NCBI RefSeq assembly: GCF_001457595.1
Contig: NZ_LN831039.1
Coordinates: forward strand, 420,001-452,000
Origin: Mycolicibacterium smegmatis
Lineage (GTDB): Bacteria > Actinomycetota > Actinomycetes > Mycobacteriales > Mycobacteriaceae
Direction: 5' to 3'
DNA length: 32,000 nt
A model generated the notes under the pieces. That model had not been told where the DNA came from. It saw only the letters and a list, made by a program, of their open reading frames with translations, and ran no database searches. Made by a program: the position numbers and the translations under genes. Shown here piece by piece: positions 19,101 to 28,270 of the stretch; positions within the stretch are counted from its first letter, which is position 1, and each line of letters opens with the position of its first letter.

Positions 19101-22100
19101 GGCTGGGCGCCGGCGCCGGCGAACTGTCCGAGGAACTGTGGCGCATCGACCAGGACAGCCTCGCGCTGAGCGACGCGGCGTCCGCGGTGCCCATGCCACT
19201 GATGCACACCGTCGAGCTCAACGCGGGCACCATCGACACCGACAACGGACCGAGCCTGCGTGCCAGCTGGACGTGGGCCCCTTCGGCGTTCGACGAGGAG
19301 CAGGCCACGCGGTTGAGTCGGCTCTGGTTCGAGGCGCTGGCGGGGATATGCGCGCACGTCCGAGGCGGCGGCGGTGGCCTCACCCCGTCCGATGTCGCAC
19401 CTGCGCGCCTGACCCAGCGTCAGATCGACGAACTGTCCCAGCGCTACGACGTCACCGACGTCCTGCCGCTCACGCCGGTCCAGCAGGGTCTGCTGTTCCA
19501 CTCGACGTTCGCGCGCGGTATCGGTGACGACGTCTATGCGGTGCAACTCGACATCACCATCACCGGTGTTCTCGACCAGCACCGTCTCCGGGACGCTGTG
19601 CACACGGTCGTGGCGCGGCACCCCAACCTCGCGGCGCGGTTCGTCGAACAGTTCGGCGAACCGGTGCAGGTGCTCACGGCCGATCCGATGATCGCGTGGC
19701 GGTACCTGGATCTGCGCGGAGACGATCTCACGCCCGACCACGAGATCGAGCAGTTGTGCGCCGCCGAGCGCTCGGCCGTGTGCGATCTGCTCGAACGGCC
19801 GACGTTCCGCGCCGCGCTGATCCGTACCTCGGGTAATCAGCACAGGTTCGTACTGACGTTCCACCACATCGTCATCGACGGCTGGTCGTTGCCGATCTTG
19901 CTGCAGGAGATCTTCGCCGGGTACTTCGGGCATCGGCTGCCCGCCGCGGCGCCGTACCGCAATTTCGTCAATTGGCTTGCGACGCAGGACGCCACCGCCG
20001 CCAAAGCGGCATGGCGTGAGGTGCTCGACGGGTTCGAGACACCCACCCTGGTCGCACCGCCCGGCGTACCCGGGCCGCGGGGTATCGAGTCGTACCGCGT
20101 GTCCGCCGAAACCACGCGCGCCCTCGGTGAACTCGCGCGGTCACAGCACACCACCATCAACACCGTGCTGCAGGCTGCGTGGACCCAGCTGCCCATGCGG
20201 ATGACCGGTCAGCGCGACGTCGCGTTCGGCACGGCGGTATCGGGGCGGCCTGCCGACCTGGCCGGCGCGGAGTCGATGGTGGGCCTGTTGATCAACACCG
20301 TGCCGATCCGGGCGAAGGTCTCGGCGGACACCACAGTGGGTGATCTGTTGCGTCAGCTGCAGAGCCATCACAACGACACACTCGAGCACGAGCACTTGGC
20401 ACTCAACGACATCCACCACGTCTCGGGGCACGAGCAGCTGTTCGACACGTTGTTCCTGTACGAGAGCTACCCGATCGACACGAGCGCGTTCATGGGTGTG
20501 CAGGAGCTGGCGGTCACCGAGTTCAACAACCGCGAGTACAACCACTACCCGCTCTCGGTGATGGCGCTGCCCGGGCACGAACTGGGCCTACGCGTGGAGT
20601 ACGACACCTCGGTGTTCGACGTCAGCGAGATCGAGACCTTGATCGACCGGTTCCAGCGGCTGCTGGAGGCCATGATCGACGACCCCGCTCGGCGCCTGTC
20701 GTCGATGGACGTCGTCGACGACGACGAGCGCACACAGCTCGACGAATGGGCCAACCGTGCGGTCCTCACGCAGCCGGTCGACTCTCCGCAGTCCATCCCG
20801 GAGGTGTTCGCCCGACAGGTGGAGCGCGATCCCGAGGCGCCGGCGGTCACCTTCGAGGGCGAGTCGCTCAACTACGGCGAACTCGACGAGGCCGCAAATC
20901 AGTTGGCGAACCTGCTGGCGGTTTACGGTGCCGCGCCGGGGAAGTCCGTGGCCCTCATGGTGCCCCGTTCGGCCGATGCCATCGTCGCGATCCTCGCGGT
21001 GCTCAAGACCGGGGCGGCGTACCTGCCGATCGACCCGTCGGTACCCGCCGCGCGGTTGGAGTTCATGCTCGGTGACGCCAAGCCCGTCGCCGCCGTCACC
21101 ACCGGTGATCTGCGTTCCCGCTTCGACGGTTTCGATCTGCAGGTCGTCGAGGTCGACGATCCAGCGGTCGAGATCTACCCCAGCACAACGCTGCTCACGC
21201 CTTCGCCGGACGACATCGCGTACATGATCTACACGTCGGGAACCACCGGTGTGCCCAAGGGCGTGGCGATCACACACGGCAACGTGACACAGGTGCTCGA
21301 CACGTTGCCTGCCGAGCTGCCCGCCGGACCTGGCGCGGTGTGGTCGCAATGGCATTCGCTGGTGTTCGACGTCTCGGTGTGGGAGATCTGGGGTGCGCTG
21401 CTGCACGGTGGCCGTCTGGTGATCGTGCCCGAGTCGATCGCCGGCTCGCCCGACGACCTGCACGCGCTGCTGGTCTCCGAAGGGGTCAACGTGCTCTACC
21501 AGACCCCCTCGGCGGTGCGGATGATGTCGCCGGAGGGATTGGAAGGCACCGCGCTGGTGGTGGCGGGCGAGGCCTGCCCCACCGAGGTCGTCGACCGCTG
21601 GGCCGTCGATCGCGTGATGATCAACGCCTACGGACCGACGGAATCCACGATCTACGCGGCCATCAGCGCGCCGCTCTCGCCGGGGTCCGATGTGGTCCCG
21701 ATCGGCTCGCCGGTACCCAAGGGAGCGACCTTCGTCCTCGACGAGTGGCTGCGCCCCGTGCCGCCGGGGGTGGTCGGCGAGCTGTACCTGGCAGGTCGCG
21801 GTGTCGGCGTGGGCTATGTGGGCCGCAGCGGCCTGACCGGGACACGCTTCGTGGCGTGCCCGTTCGGCGAGCCGGGTGCGCGGATGTACCGCACCGGCGA
21901 TCTCGTGCGATGGGGTGACGACGGGCAGCTGCAGTACCTGGGCCGTGCCGACGAGCAGGTCAAGATCCGCGGCTACCGCATCGAGCTCGGCGAGATCCAG
22001 GCAGCATTGTCCGACGTGGACGGCGTCGACCAGGCGGTCGTGATCGCCCGCGAGGACCGTCCCGGCGACAAGCGACTGGTGGGTTACATCACCGGTACCG

Positions 22101-23866
22101 CCGACCCGGCGGCCGCCCGCTCCGAACTCACCAACCGACTGCCCGCCTACATGGTCCCGGCTGCGGTGGTCACGCTGGAGACGCTGCCGTTGACCGTGAA
22201 CGGCAAGCTCGACCGGCGCGCGCTGCCCGCGCCCGAATATCAGAGCGCCCAGCGCTACCGGGCACCGGAGACCGAGACCGAGAAGACCCTCGCCGGCATC
22301 TTCGCCCATGTGCTGGGCGTCGAACGGATCGGCCTCGACGACTCGTTCTTCGACCTCGGCGGGGACTCGATCTCGGCCATGCGTGTCACAGCCGCAGTCA
22401 ACACGGCGCTCGACGCCGACCTGTCGGTGCGCACGCTGTTCGAGGCACCGACCGTGGCGAAGTTGAGCCTGCACGTCGAACACGACGCCGGTGAGCGGAC
22501 CGACAGGGTCAGCTTCGCAGCGGTGCACGGCAGCGACGTCACCGAGGTGCATGCGCGCGATCTGACACTGGACAAGTTCATCGACGCTCCGACACTGCGG
22601 ACCGCGACGACCCTGCCCCGACCCGACGGCGCCGTGCAGACGGTCCTCCTGACCGGGGCCACCGGATTCCTAGGGCGCTACCTGCTGCTGGAATGGCTGA
22701 GGCAGTTGCGGCGTGTCGACGACAAGGTGATCTGCCTGGTGCGCGGAAAGTCCGACGAGGACGCCCGCAGGCGCCTCGAGGCCACTTTCGACACAGATCC
22801 GTTGCTACGCAAGCATTTCAACGAACTGGCCACCGAGCGCCTGCAGGTTGTCGCGGGCGACAAGGGACAACCGAACCTCGGGCTCGACGAACAGACCTGG
22901 CAGCGGCTGGCCGAAAGTGTCGACCTGATCGTCGATTCGGCGGCATTCGTCAACAGTGTGCTGCCCTACAGCGAACTGTTCGGACCCAACGTGGTGGGCA
23001 CGGCCGAGCTGATCCGGTTCGCGCTGACCTCGAAACTCAAGCCGTTCAACTTCGTGTCGACGTCGGACGTCGGCAGGCAGATCGAGCCGTCGCGGTTCAC
23101 CGAGCAGGCCGACATCCGGTTGGTCAGCGCGACCCGCAAGATCGAGGTCGGGTATGCCAACGGCTACGGCAACAGCAAGTGGGCAGGCGAGGTGCTGCTG
23201 CGCGAGGCCCACGACCACTGCGGCCTGCCGGTGGCGGTGTTCCGGTCGGGCATGATCATGGTCGACCCGACCTACGCCGGGCAGCTGAACGTCACGGACA
23301 CGGTGTCGCGCATGGTGCTCAGCATCGTGGCCACCGGTGTCGCACCCGGGTCGTTCTATCAGCGCGGTGACAACGGTGAGCGGCAGCGGGCACACTTCGA
23401 CGGCTTGCCCGTCGACTTCGTCGCCCAGGCCATCACCAAGCTCGGCTGGCAGGTCGCGAGGTCGGTGACCGATTCCACCGCAAGCGGTTTCGAGACTTAT
23501 CACGTGATGAACCCGCATGACGACGGCATCGGCATCGACACCTACATCGACTGGCTCATCGAGGCCGGATACCCGATCGAACGCATCGAGGACTTCGGAG
23601 AGTGGTTGCAGCGGTTCGAAGCGGCCCTGCAGGGGCTGTCGGACCAACAGCGGCAGAACTCCGTGCTGCAGATGCTGACGTTGCTCAAGCAGCAGGCGGG
23701 GGAGCTGCAGCCACCAGTGCCCACCCAGGGCTCGTTTGCGCCGGCAGACCGGTTCCAGGCCGCGGTCCGCGATGCGAACATCGGTGTGGAAGGCGAGATT
23801 CCGCATGTCACGCGGGAGGTCATCGTCAAGTACGTGACCGATCTGCAGCTGCTCGGGCTGCTGTAG
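16187..23866 (+). CDS. mps2: GPL nonribosomal peptide synthetase 2: A-T-E-C-A-T-R (D-Ala and L-Ala modules, terminal thioester reductase giving alaninol)
   Basis: 2559 aa. ATG 16187 overlaps the mps1 TGA (ATGA), and SD GAGGGAGAAG lies at 16175-16184. Motifs: A3 [14 protein letters not shown] 16739; T3 Ser codon 17888; E3 HHLAVDG 18407; C4 HHIVIDG 19862; A4 [14 protein letters not shown] 21221; T4 Ser codon 22367; R domain TGATGFLG 22652-22675 and YGNSK from 23165. TAG 23864-23866. Confidence 0.97.
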   Translation: MTAEPSTRTLLSFDLLDEDEHDQIEVWGNRAVLTDPGPTPVTIPALFAEQVVRAPDAVALVSGDRSWTYRELDEASNRLAHVLAEHGAKPGATVAFLIPRSGEAILSILSVLKTGAAYLPVDPAHPDARIGFMMSDAKPVAALTTADLRSRLDQYDLAVIDMADPAIDRRPSDALSGPRPDDLAYMTYTSGTTGVPKAVAVTHHNVTQLVSALHADLPSGPGQVWSQWHSLVFDVSVWEIWGALLHGGRLVVVPESVGSSPDDLHNLLITEKVSVLCQTPSAAGMLSPEGLESTTLIVAGEACPTELVDRWAPGRVMINAYGPTEATIYAAMSEPLTAGTGVAPIGAPVPGAALFVLDKWLRPAPEGVVGELYVAGHGVATGYIGRPDLTASRFVACPFGETGERMYRTGDLVRWGSDGQLEYLGRADEQVKIRGYRIELGEIQAALAKLDGVDQAVVIAREDRPGDKRLVGYITGTADPAQLRTALAESLPAYMVPTAVVVLDTIPLTVNGKLDRRALPAPEYRSAANDYRAPSTPAEQILADVYAQVLGVERVGVDDSFFDLGGDSILSMQVVARARAAGIQCRPRDIFVEQTVAGVARVAVAAGESHVVDEGVGPVVATPIMRWLREVDGPTGQFNQTVITQAPAGVTEDDVVVILQALLDRHATLRLRVEDTQEDTDEWSLLVPEAGAVGARECLRTVDALTDDVLVEARNRLDPAAGAMVSAVWVRETSQLVLMIHHLAVDGVSWRILLEDLNIAWAQHCTGQSIELPAGGTSFARWSALLAEHAKTDTVRDLADAWRAVTSVPQALPPVQPDTDTYVTAGQLSASLDVETTRQLLGEVPAAFRAGVQDILLVAFGLAWTEFLNRSDTPIGVDVEGHGRYDELASDVDLSRTVGWFTTKYPVALTVENLPWEQVVAGDAALGGIVKAVKEQLRSLPEGLTYGLLRYLNPEVDLGGSDPTIGFNYLGRLGAGAGELSEELWRIDQDSLALSDAASAVPMPLMHTVELNAGTIDTDNGPSLRASWTWAPSAFDEEQATRLSRLWFEALAGICAHVRGGGGGLTPSDVAPARLTQRQIDELSQRYDVTDVLPLTPVQQGLLFHSTFARGIGDDVYAVQLDITITGVLDQHRLRDAVHTVVARHPNLAARFVEQFGEPVQVLTADPMIAWRYLDLRGDDLTPDHEIEQLCAAERSAVCDLLERPTFRAALIRTSGNQHRFVLTFHHIVIDGWSLPILLQEIFAGYFGHRLPAAAPYRNFVNWLATQDATAAKAAWREVLDGFETPTLVAPPGVPGPRGIESYRVSAETTRALGELARSQHTTINTVLQAAWTQLPMRMTGQRDVAFGTAVSGRPADLAGAESMVGLLINTVPIRAKVSADTTVGDLLRQLQSHHNDTLEHEHLALNDIHHVSGHEQLFDTLFLYESYPIDTSAFMGVQELAVTEFNNREYNHYPLSVMALPGHELGLRVEYDTSVFDVSEIETLIDRFQRLLEAMIDDPARRLSSMDVVDDDERTQLDEWANRAVLTQPVDSPQSIPEVFARQVERDPEAPAVTFEGESLNYGELDEAANQLANLLAVYGAAPGKSVALMVPRSADAIVAILAVLKTGAAYLPIDPSVPAARLEFMLGDAKPVAAVTTGDLRSRFDGFDLQVVEVDDPAVEIYPSTTLLTPSPDDIAYMIYTSGTTGVPKGVAITHGNVTQVLDTLPAELPAGPGAVWSQWHSLVFDVSVWEIWGALLHGGRLVIVPESIAGSPDDLHALLVSEGVNVLYQTPSAVRMMSPEGLEGTALVVAGEACPTEVVDRWAVDRVMINAYGPTESTIYAAISAPLSPGSDVVPIGSPVPKGATFVLDEWLRPVPPGVVGELYLAGRGVGVGYVGRSGLTGTRFVACPFGEPGARMYRTGDLVRWGDDGQLQYLGRADEQVKIRGYRIELGEIQAALSDVDGVDQAVVIAREDRPGDKRLVGYITGTADPAAARSELTNRLPAYMVPAAVVTLETLPLTVNGKLDRRALPAPEYQSAQRYRAPETETEKTLAGIFAHVLGVERIGLDDSFFDLGGDSISAMRVTAAVNTALDADLSVRTLFEAPTVAKLSLHVEHDAGERTDRVSFAAVHGSDVTEVHARDLTLDKFIDAPTLRTATTLPRPDGAVQTVLLTGATGFLGRYLLLEWLRQLRRVDDKVICLVRGKSDEDARRRLEATFDTDPLLRKHFNELATERLQVVAGDKGQPNLGLDEQTWQRLAESVDLIVDSAAFVNSVLPYSELFGPNVVGTAELIRFALTSKLKPFNFVSTSDVGRQIEPSRFTEQADIRLVSATRKIEVGYANGYGNSKWAGEVLLREAHDHCGLPVAVFRSGMIMVDPTYAGQLNVTDTVSRMVLSIVATGVAPGSFYQRGDNGERQRAHFDGLPVDFVAQAITKLGWQVARSVTDSTASGFETYHVMNPHDDGIGIDTYIDWLIEAGYPIERIEDFGEWLQRFEAALQGLSDQQRQNSVLQMLTLLKQQAGELQPPVPTQGSFAPADRFQAAVRDANIGVEGEIPHVTREVIVKYVTDLQLLGLL

Positions 23867-23883
23867 GGTCGTGCGGTTTCGAT

Positions 23884-24696
23884 ATGTGGAGCAACGTCCT
23901 GGGCATGGGATTCTTCATGTCGCTGAATCCCATGCTTCTGGGCTTCGTCCCGCTGCTGTTGTCACGGCCGAGGCCGGTGCCGAACCTGTTGGTGTTCTGG
24001 ATCGGCGCCCTCATCGTCAACTTCCCGCTGATGCTGGTCCCGCTCGCCGCGATGCAACTGGTCCCCAGTTTTGCGGACCTCGCCGAAACCCTGACCACAG
24101 CGGAGCCCGGCTCGTCGGTCAAGCCGTTCCAACTCGGTGTGGGCATTTTCGCGCTGCTGGTCGGTGCTTGGATCGCCGTCCGGATGCGACTGAAGAAGCG
24201 CACACGCACTGTTGAACTGGCCCACGTCGGAGCGTCGTCGACGCTGGTGTCGGACGAGAAGCACGACCAGATGCCCGCAGCCGAGGCGGTCGCATCGCGG
24301 GGCTGGGTCAAGAGGACGATCGACAAGGTCACCTCGATCGTCGCGCCGATCCTCAAACGTGCGCGCGACGCGTGGGACAACGGGGCCCTGTGGGTGTCGC
24401 TGCTCCTCGGTTTCGCGTACATGATGCCGCCACCGATCGCACTTCTGGTCGACACCGTCATCGTGGGCGCCGATGTGCCGGTCGTGACGCAGGTGCTCGC
24501 CGTCAGCGCGTTCGTATTCGCGACACTGCTCGTCTTCGAGATCACGCTCTTGAGCTACGTAATCGCCCCGGCCAGGACTCAGGCGGTCCTGGAGCCGCTG
24601 CACGACTGGTCGCTCAAGCACCGGATGTCGATCCTGCTGATCCTGTTCATCGCAATCGGGATCTGGCAACTCGTCACCGGCCTGGGTATCGCGTGA
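23884..24696 (+). CDS. gap: GPL addressing protein, small polytopic membrane protein
   Basis: First ATG (23884) after the mps2 stop in the 23602-24696 open frame, giving about 270 aa. There are about six hydrophobic segments (GFFMSLNPMLLGFVPLLL, LLVFWIGALIVNFPLMLVPLAAM, FQLGVGIFALLVGAWIAV, LWVSLLLGFAYMM, VLAVSAFVFATLLVFEITLLSYVI, ILLILFIAIGIWQLVTGLGI). Its position directly after mps2 matches the known GPL locus. Confidence 0.8.
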   Translation: MWSNVLGMGFFMSLNPMLLGFVPLLLSRPRPVPNLLVFWIGALIVNFPLMLVPLAAMQLVPSFADLAETLTTAEPGSSVKPFQLGVGIFALLVGAWIAVRMRLKKRTRTVELAHVGASSTLVSDEKHDQMPAAEAVASRGWVKRTIDKVTSIVAPILKRARDAWDNGALWVSLLLGFAYMMPPPIALLVDTVIVGADVPVVTQVLAVSAFVFATLLVFEITLLSYVIAPARTQAVLEPLHDWSLKHRMSILLILFIAIGIWQLVTGLGIA

Positions 24697-24700
24697 GAAT

Positions 24701-24724
24701 TTTCGGCCGCGATTTCGGCCGCGA
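24701..24724. repeat. Perfect 12-bp tandem repeat TTTCGGCCGCGA x2 in the gap/DGPF intergenic region
   Basis: TTTCGGCCGCGA occupies 24701-12 and 24713-24 and is followed directly by TGTCGA. The two CGGCCG cores can also pair as a 6-bp GC stem (24704-09 with 24716-21). Confidence 0.85.
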
Positions 24725-24751
24725 TGTCGAGAATGCGGTCATGGCTCCGTC
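24725..24751 (+). promoter_or_regulatory. Candidate ECF42-type autoregulatory promoter (-35 TGTCGA, 17-nt spacer, -10 CGTC)
   Basis: TGTCGA at 24725-24730 and CGTC at 24748-24751, about 47 nt upstream of the DGPF gene ATG. The consensus is quoted from memory of the ECF42 literature and has not been scored with a matrix. Confidence 0.4.
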
Positions 24752-24797
24752 CCCGAGGTGAACGACCAACTAGGGTCGCGAACGGGAGGAGAAACCC

Positions 24798-25208
24798 ATG
24801 GCCAAGTACCTGCTTCTCAAGCACTACCGCGGCGCGCCGGCAGCGGTCAACGATGTGCCGATGGACCAGTGGGCACCGGACGAGATCGAGGCCCATCTCC
24901 AGTACATGAAGAGCCTCGCGACGCATCTGGAGAGCACCGGCGAGTTTGTCGACGCGCAGGCACTCGCCCCGACCGGGGCGTGGGTGCGCTACGACGGTGA
25001 GGGCAGACCGCCCGTCACCGACGGACCCTTCGCCGAGACCAAGGACCTCGTCGCCGGTTGGATGATCATCGACGTCGACTCGTACGAGCGGGCTGTCGAG
25101 GTGGCGGGGGAGTTGTCGGCCGCGCCGGGCGCCGGCGGAAAGCCGATCCACGAGTGGCTCGAGGTGCGGCCGTTCCTGGGTGATTCGGACGCCTGCCACG
25201 GGGAGTAG
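24798..25208 (+). CDS. DGPF / YCII-related domain protein (the sigma-associated protein of the GPL locus)
   Basis: 136 aa, ATG 24798 after the strong SD GGGAGGAG (24784-24791). MAKYLLLKHY ... VTDGPFAETKDLVAGWMIIDVDSYERAVE contains the eponymous DGPF motif and the YciI-like fold signature. It ends 8 nt before the sigma gene. Confidence 0.85.
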   Translation: MAKYLLLKHYRGAPAAVNDVPMDQWAPDEIEAHLQYMKSLATHLESTGEFVDAQALAPTGAWVRYDGEGRPPVTDGPFAETKDLVAGWMIIDVDSYERAVEVAGELSAAPGAGGKPIHEWLEVRPFLGDSDACHGE

Positions 25209-25216
25209 ATCCGGCG

Positions 25217-26392
25217 ATGGATCCGGCGGCCCTGCGGGACCTGATCCCCGGCGTCCTCGCGGCCCTCGTGCGCCGCGGCGTCGATTTCGCCACAGCCGAG
25301 GACGCGGTCCAGGAAGCCCTGATCAAGGCACTGGAAACATGGTCGACCGGCCGGGCGCCCGATGATCCGAAGGCCTGGCTGATCACGACCGCGTGGCGCC
25401 GGTTCATCGACGTCGCCCGCGCCGAGGCCGCGCGTCGTAGCCGCGAGCTACGGACCGCGGTCGAGGATCCGCAGGGTCCCACGGTTCCGGTGGACGACAC
25501 GCTGCAGCTGTACTTCCTGTGTGCACACCCGAGTCTGAGCCCGGCGTCGGCCGTGGCGCTTACGCTGCGAGCGGTCGGCGGCCTCACCACCCGGCAGATA
25601 GCGAGGGCCTACCTGGTGCCCGAATCGACCATGGCCCAACGGATCAGCCGCGCCAAGCGCACGGTCAGCGAGGTCCGGCTGAACCGGCTGGGCAACCTCG
25701 GCACGGTGCTGAGGGTCCTGTACCTGGTGTTCAACGAGGGCTACACGGGCGACGTCGACCTTTCCGCCGAGGCGATCCGGCTGGCCCGCCAACTCGCGGC
25801 CGCCACCGACGCCCCGGAGGTCGCCGGATTGCTGGCACTGTTCCTGCTGCACGACGCCCGGCGACCGGCCCGCACGCGTGCCGACGGGACCCTGGTACCC
25901 CTCGCCGAGCAGGACCGCACGCTGTGGCGCCATGATCTGATCACCGAGGGTGTGGCCGTGCTGCAGGCCGCGCTGGCGGCCGACCGGCTCGGGGAGTACC
26001 AGGCACAGGCCGCGATCGCCGCGCTGCACGCCGACGCGAGGACTGCCGACGAAACCGACTGGGTGCAGATCGTCGAGTGGTACGACGAACTCGTTGCCCT
26101 CACCGACAGCCCCGTCGCGCGCCTCAACCGTGCGGTGGCAGTGGGTGAGGCCGACGGGCCGCGTGCGGGTCTGGCGGCCCTGGCCGAGCTCGACCCGGCG
26201 CTGCCGCGCCATACCGCGTCGGCGGCATATCTGCACGAACGTGCCGGCGACATCGCGCGTGCTGCCCAGCTGTACGTCGAAGCGGCCGACCAAGCGCATA
26301 CCGTGCCGGAGCGAAATCACCTGCTGCTCAAGGCCGCCACGTTGCATCAGCGCCTCGGCTCACCGGGAGATGCAAAGAGGCTCCCGGGGTGA
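25217..26392 (+). CDS. ECF sigma factor with a ~200-aa C-terminal TPR-like extension (ECF42-like)
   Basis: 391 aa. The sigma-2 region is AEDAVQEALIKALETW ... PKAWLITTAWRRFIDVARAE and the sigma-4 HTH is LTLRAVGGLTTRQIARAYLVPESTMAQRISRAKR. A long Ala/Leu-rich helical repeat tail follows. No adjacent anti-sigma gene is present. Confidence 0.9.
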   Translation: MDPAALRDLIPGVLAALVRRGVDFATAEDAVQEALIKALETWSTGRAPDDPKAWLITTAWRRFIDVARAEAARRSRELRTAVEDPQGPTVPVDDTLQLYFLCAHPSLSPASAVALTLRAVGGLTTRQIARAYLVPESTMAQRISRAKRTVSEVRLNRLGNLGTVLRVLYLVFNEGYTGDVDLSAEAIRLARQLAAATDAPEVAGLLALFLLHDARRPARTRADGTLVPLAEQDRTLWRHDLITEGVAVLQAALAADRLGEYQAQAAIAALHADARTADETDWVQIVEWYDELVALTDSPVARLNRAVAVGEADGPRAGLAALAELDPALPRHTASAAYLHERAGDIARAAQLYVEAADQAHTVPERNHLLLKAATLHQRLGSPGDAKRLPG

Positions 26393-26406
26393 CCCGGGAG
26401 CCTCTT
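26375..26406. terminator. Perfect 14-bp stem / 4-nt loop hairpin between the convergent sigma and fadE5 genes (bidirectional terminator candidate)
   Basis: AAGAGGCTCCCGGG (26375-88) pairs with CCCGGGAGCCTCTT (26393-406). The loop GTGA contains the sigma stop codon TGA 26390-92. There is no clear U tract, which is common in mycobacteria. Confidence 0.5.
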
Positions 26407-26434
26407 CGGTGAAGCGTTGCCTCAGAACGCGCCT

Positions 26435-28270
26435 CTAGAACGCCGCCTCGTCCAACTCCATGACGTCGTTGTCGAGGTTCTCGATGATCTGGCGCGTGCT
26501 GGTCAGCAGCGGCAGCATGTTCTTGGCGAAGAACGACGCCGCGGCGATCTTGCCCTCGTAGAAGGACTTGTCGGCACCGGTGGCGCCTGCGTCGAGCTTC
26601 TCGATGGCCACCGCGGCCTGGCGTGCCAGCAGCCAGCCGGACAGCAGATCGCCGACCGCCATCAGGAACCGGACCGAGCCGAGGCCCACCTTGTAGATCG
26701 AGGCGGCATCCTCCTGCGCGGCCATCAGGTAGCCGGTCAGTGAAGCGGCCATGCCCTGGACGTCGGCGAGCGCGGTGGCGAGCAGTTCGCGCTCGGTCTT
26801 CAGGCGGCCGTTGCCGTTCTCGTTCTTGATGAACTGCTCGATCTCGCCCGCGACGTAGGCCAGTGCCTGACCCTTGTCACGGATGATCTTGCGGAAGAAG
26901 AAGTCCTGCGCCTGGATGGCAGTGGTGCCCTCGTACAGCGAGTCGATCTTCGAGTCGCGGATGTACTGCTCGATCGGGTAGTCCTGCAGGAAGCCGGAAC
27001 CACCGAGGGTCTGCAGGCTCTCGGTGAGCTTGGCGTAGGCGGTCTCCGAGCCGAAGCCCTTGACGATCGGCAGCAGCAGATCGTTGACGCGTGCGGCGAG
27101 GTCGCCGTCGACGCCGTGCACGGCCTGGGCCACCTCGGCGTCCTGGAAGGTCGCGGTGTACAGGTAGATCGCACGCAGACCCTCGGCGTAGGCCTTCTGG
27201 GTCATCAGGCTGCGACGCACATCCGGGTGGTGCGTGATGGTCACGCGCGGTGCGGTCTTGTCGGTCATCTGCGTCATGTCGGCGCCCTGGACACGCTCCT
27301 TGGCGTACTCGAGCGCATTGAGGTAACCGGTCGACAGCGTGGCGATGGCCTTGGTACCCACCATCATTCGCGCCTGCTCGATCACGTCGAACATCTGCGC
27401 GATGCCGTTGTGCACCTCGCCCACCAGCCAGCCGACGGCGGGGATGCCGTGCTGACCCAGCGACAGCTCACACGTGGCCGAGACCTTCAGGCCCATCTTG
27501 TGCTCGACGTTGGTGACGAAAACGCCGTTGCGCTCACCGATCTCACCGGTCTCGTGGTCGAAGTGGAACTTCGGCACGAAGAACAGCGACAGACCCTTGG
27601 TGCCCGGTCCGGCGCCCTCGGGGCGGGCCAGCACCAGGTGCATGATGTTCTCGAACAGGTCGTCGGAGTCGGCCGAGGTGATGAATCGCTTCACACCCTC
27701 GATGTGCCAGGTGCCGTCAGGCTGCTGAACTGCCTTGGTGCGGCCCGCGCCGACGTCGGAGCCCGCGTCGGGTTCGGTCAGCACCATGGTGGCGCCCCAG
27801 CCGCGCTCGGCGGCGATGGTGGCCCACTTCTTCTGCTCGTCGGTGCCGTTGTTGTAGAAGATCTCGCTCATGCCCGGGCCCATGGCGTACATGTAGGCCG
27901 CAGGGTTGGCGCCGAGGATGTGCTCGATCAGGGCCCACTGCAGTGCACGCGGCATCGGGATGCCGCCGAGGTGCTCTGCGAGGCCGACCTTGTCCCAGCC
28001 GCCGTCGAACAGCGCACGCATCGACTTCTTGAAGCCCTCGGGCAGCGTGACGGTATGGGTTTCGGGATCGAACACCGGGGGATTGCGGTCACCCTCGACG
28101 AAGGATTCGGCGATCGGGCCCTCGGCCAGGCGCGCGATCTCGGTGAGCATCTCGCGGGCGGTGTCGGCATCCAGGTCGCTGAACTTGTCAGCGCCGAGCA
28201 CCTTGTCCACACCGAAAACCTCGAACAGGTTGAATACCTGATCACGGACATTGCTCTTGTAGTGGCTCAC
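26435..28270 (-). CDS. fadE5: Acyl-CoA dehydrogenase FadE5 (611 aa)
   Basis: The GTG start (plus-strand CAC 28268-70) is preceded by a perfect SD: GAGGAGGAAAA then GTG. The N-terminus (M)[25 protein letters not shown] matches my memory of the FadE5/Rv0244c N-terminus and length. ACAD middle and C-terminal domains follow. Stop TAG at 26435-37. Confidence 0.92.

Noticed and set aside
5931-22552. Very long minus-strand ORFs inside mps1/mps2 (for example 5931-7406, 9378-12014, 12069-14033, 14274-16067, 17834-18832, 18869-19933, 20588-22552) and many shorter plus-strand alternate-frame ORFs.
   Set aside because: They are antisense or off-frame shadows of a high-GC gene. Their products are Arg/Gly/Val/Asp-rich low-complexity strings with no motifs. 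The sense frame carries complete, ordered NRPS motifs. Stop-poor antisense frames are expected at this GC content.
5910-23866. Large-scale periodic repetition that might be taken for a repeat array (CRISPR-like or satellite).
   Set aside because: The period is about 4.5 kb and corresponds exactly to NRPS modules. There are no short repeat-spacer units anywhere in the window.
23602-23883. Upstream extension of the gap ORF overlapping the end of mps2.
   Set aside because: It overlaps the well-supported mps2 reductase domain in another frame and translates to Ala/Gly/Arg-rich nonsense. The first ATG after the mps2 stop (23884) begins the hydrophobic membrane protein.
25448-26347. 299-aa minus-strand ORF and several plus-strand off-frame ORFs overlapping the ECF sigma gene.
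   Set aside because: These are antisense or off-frame shadows. The sense frame has clear sigma-2 and sigma-4 regions, and the shadow products are Arg/Gly/Val-rich without motifs.
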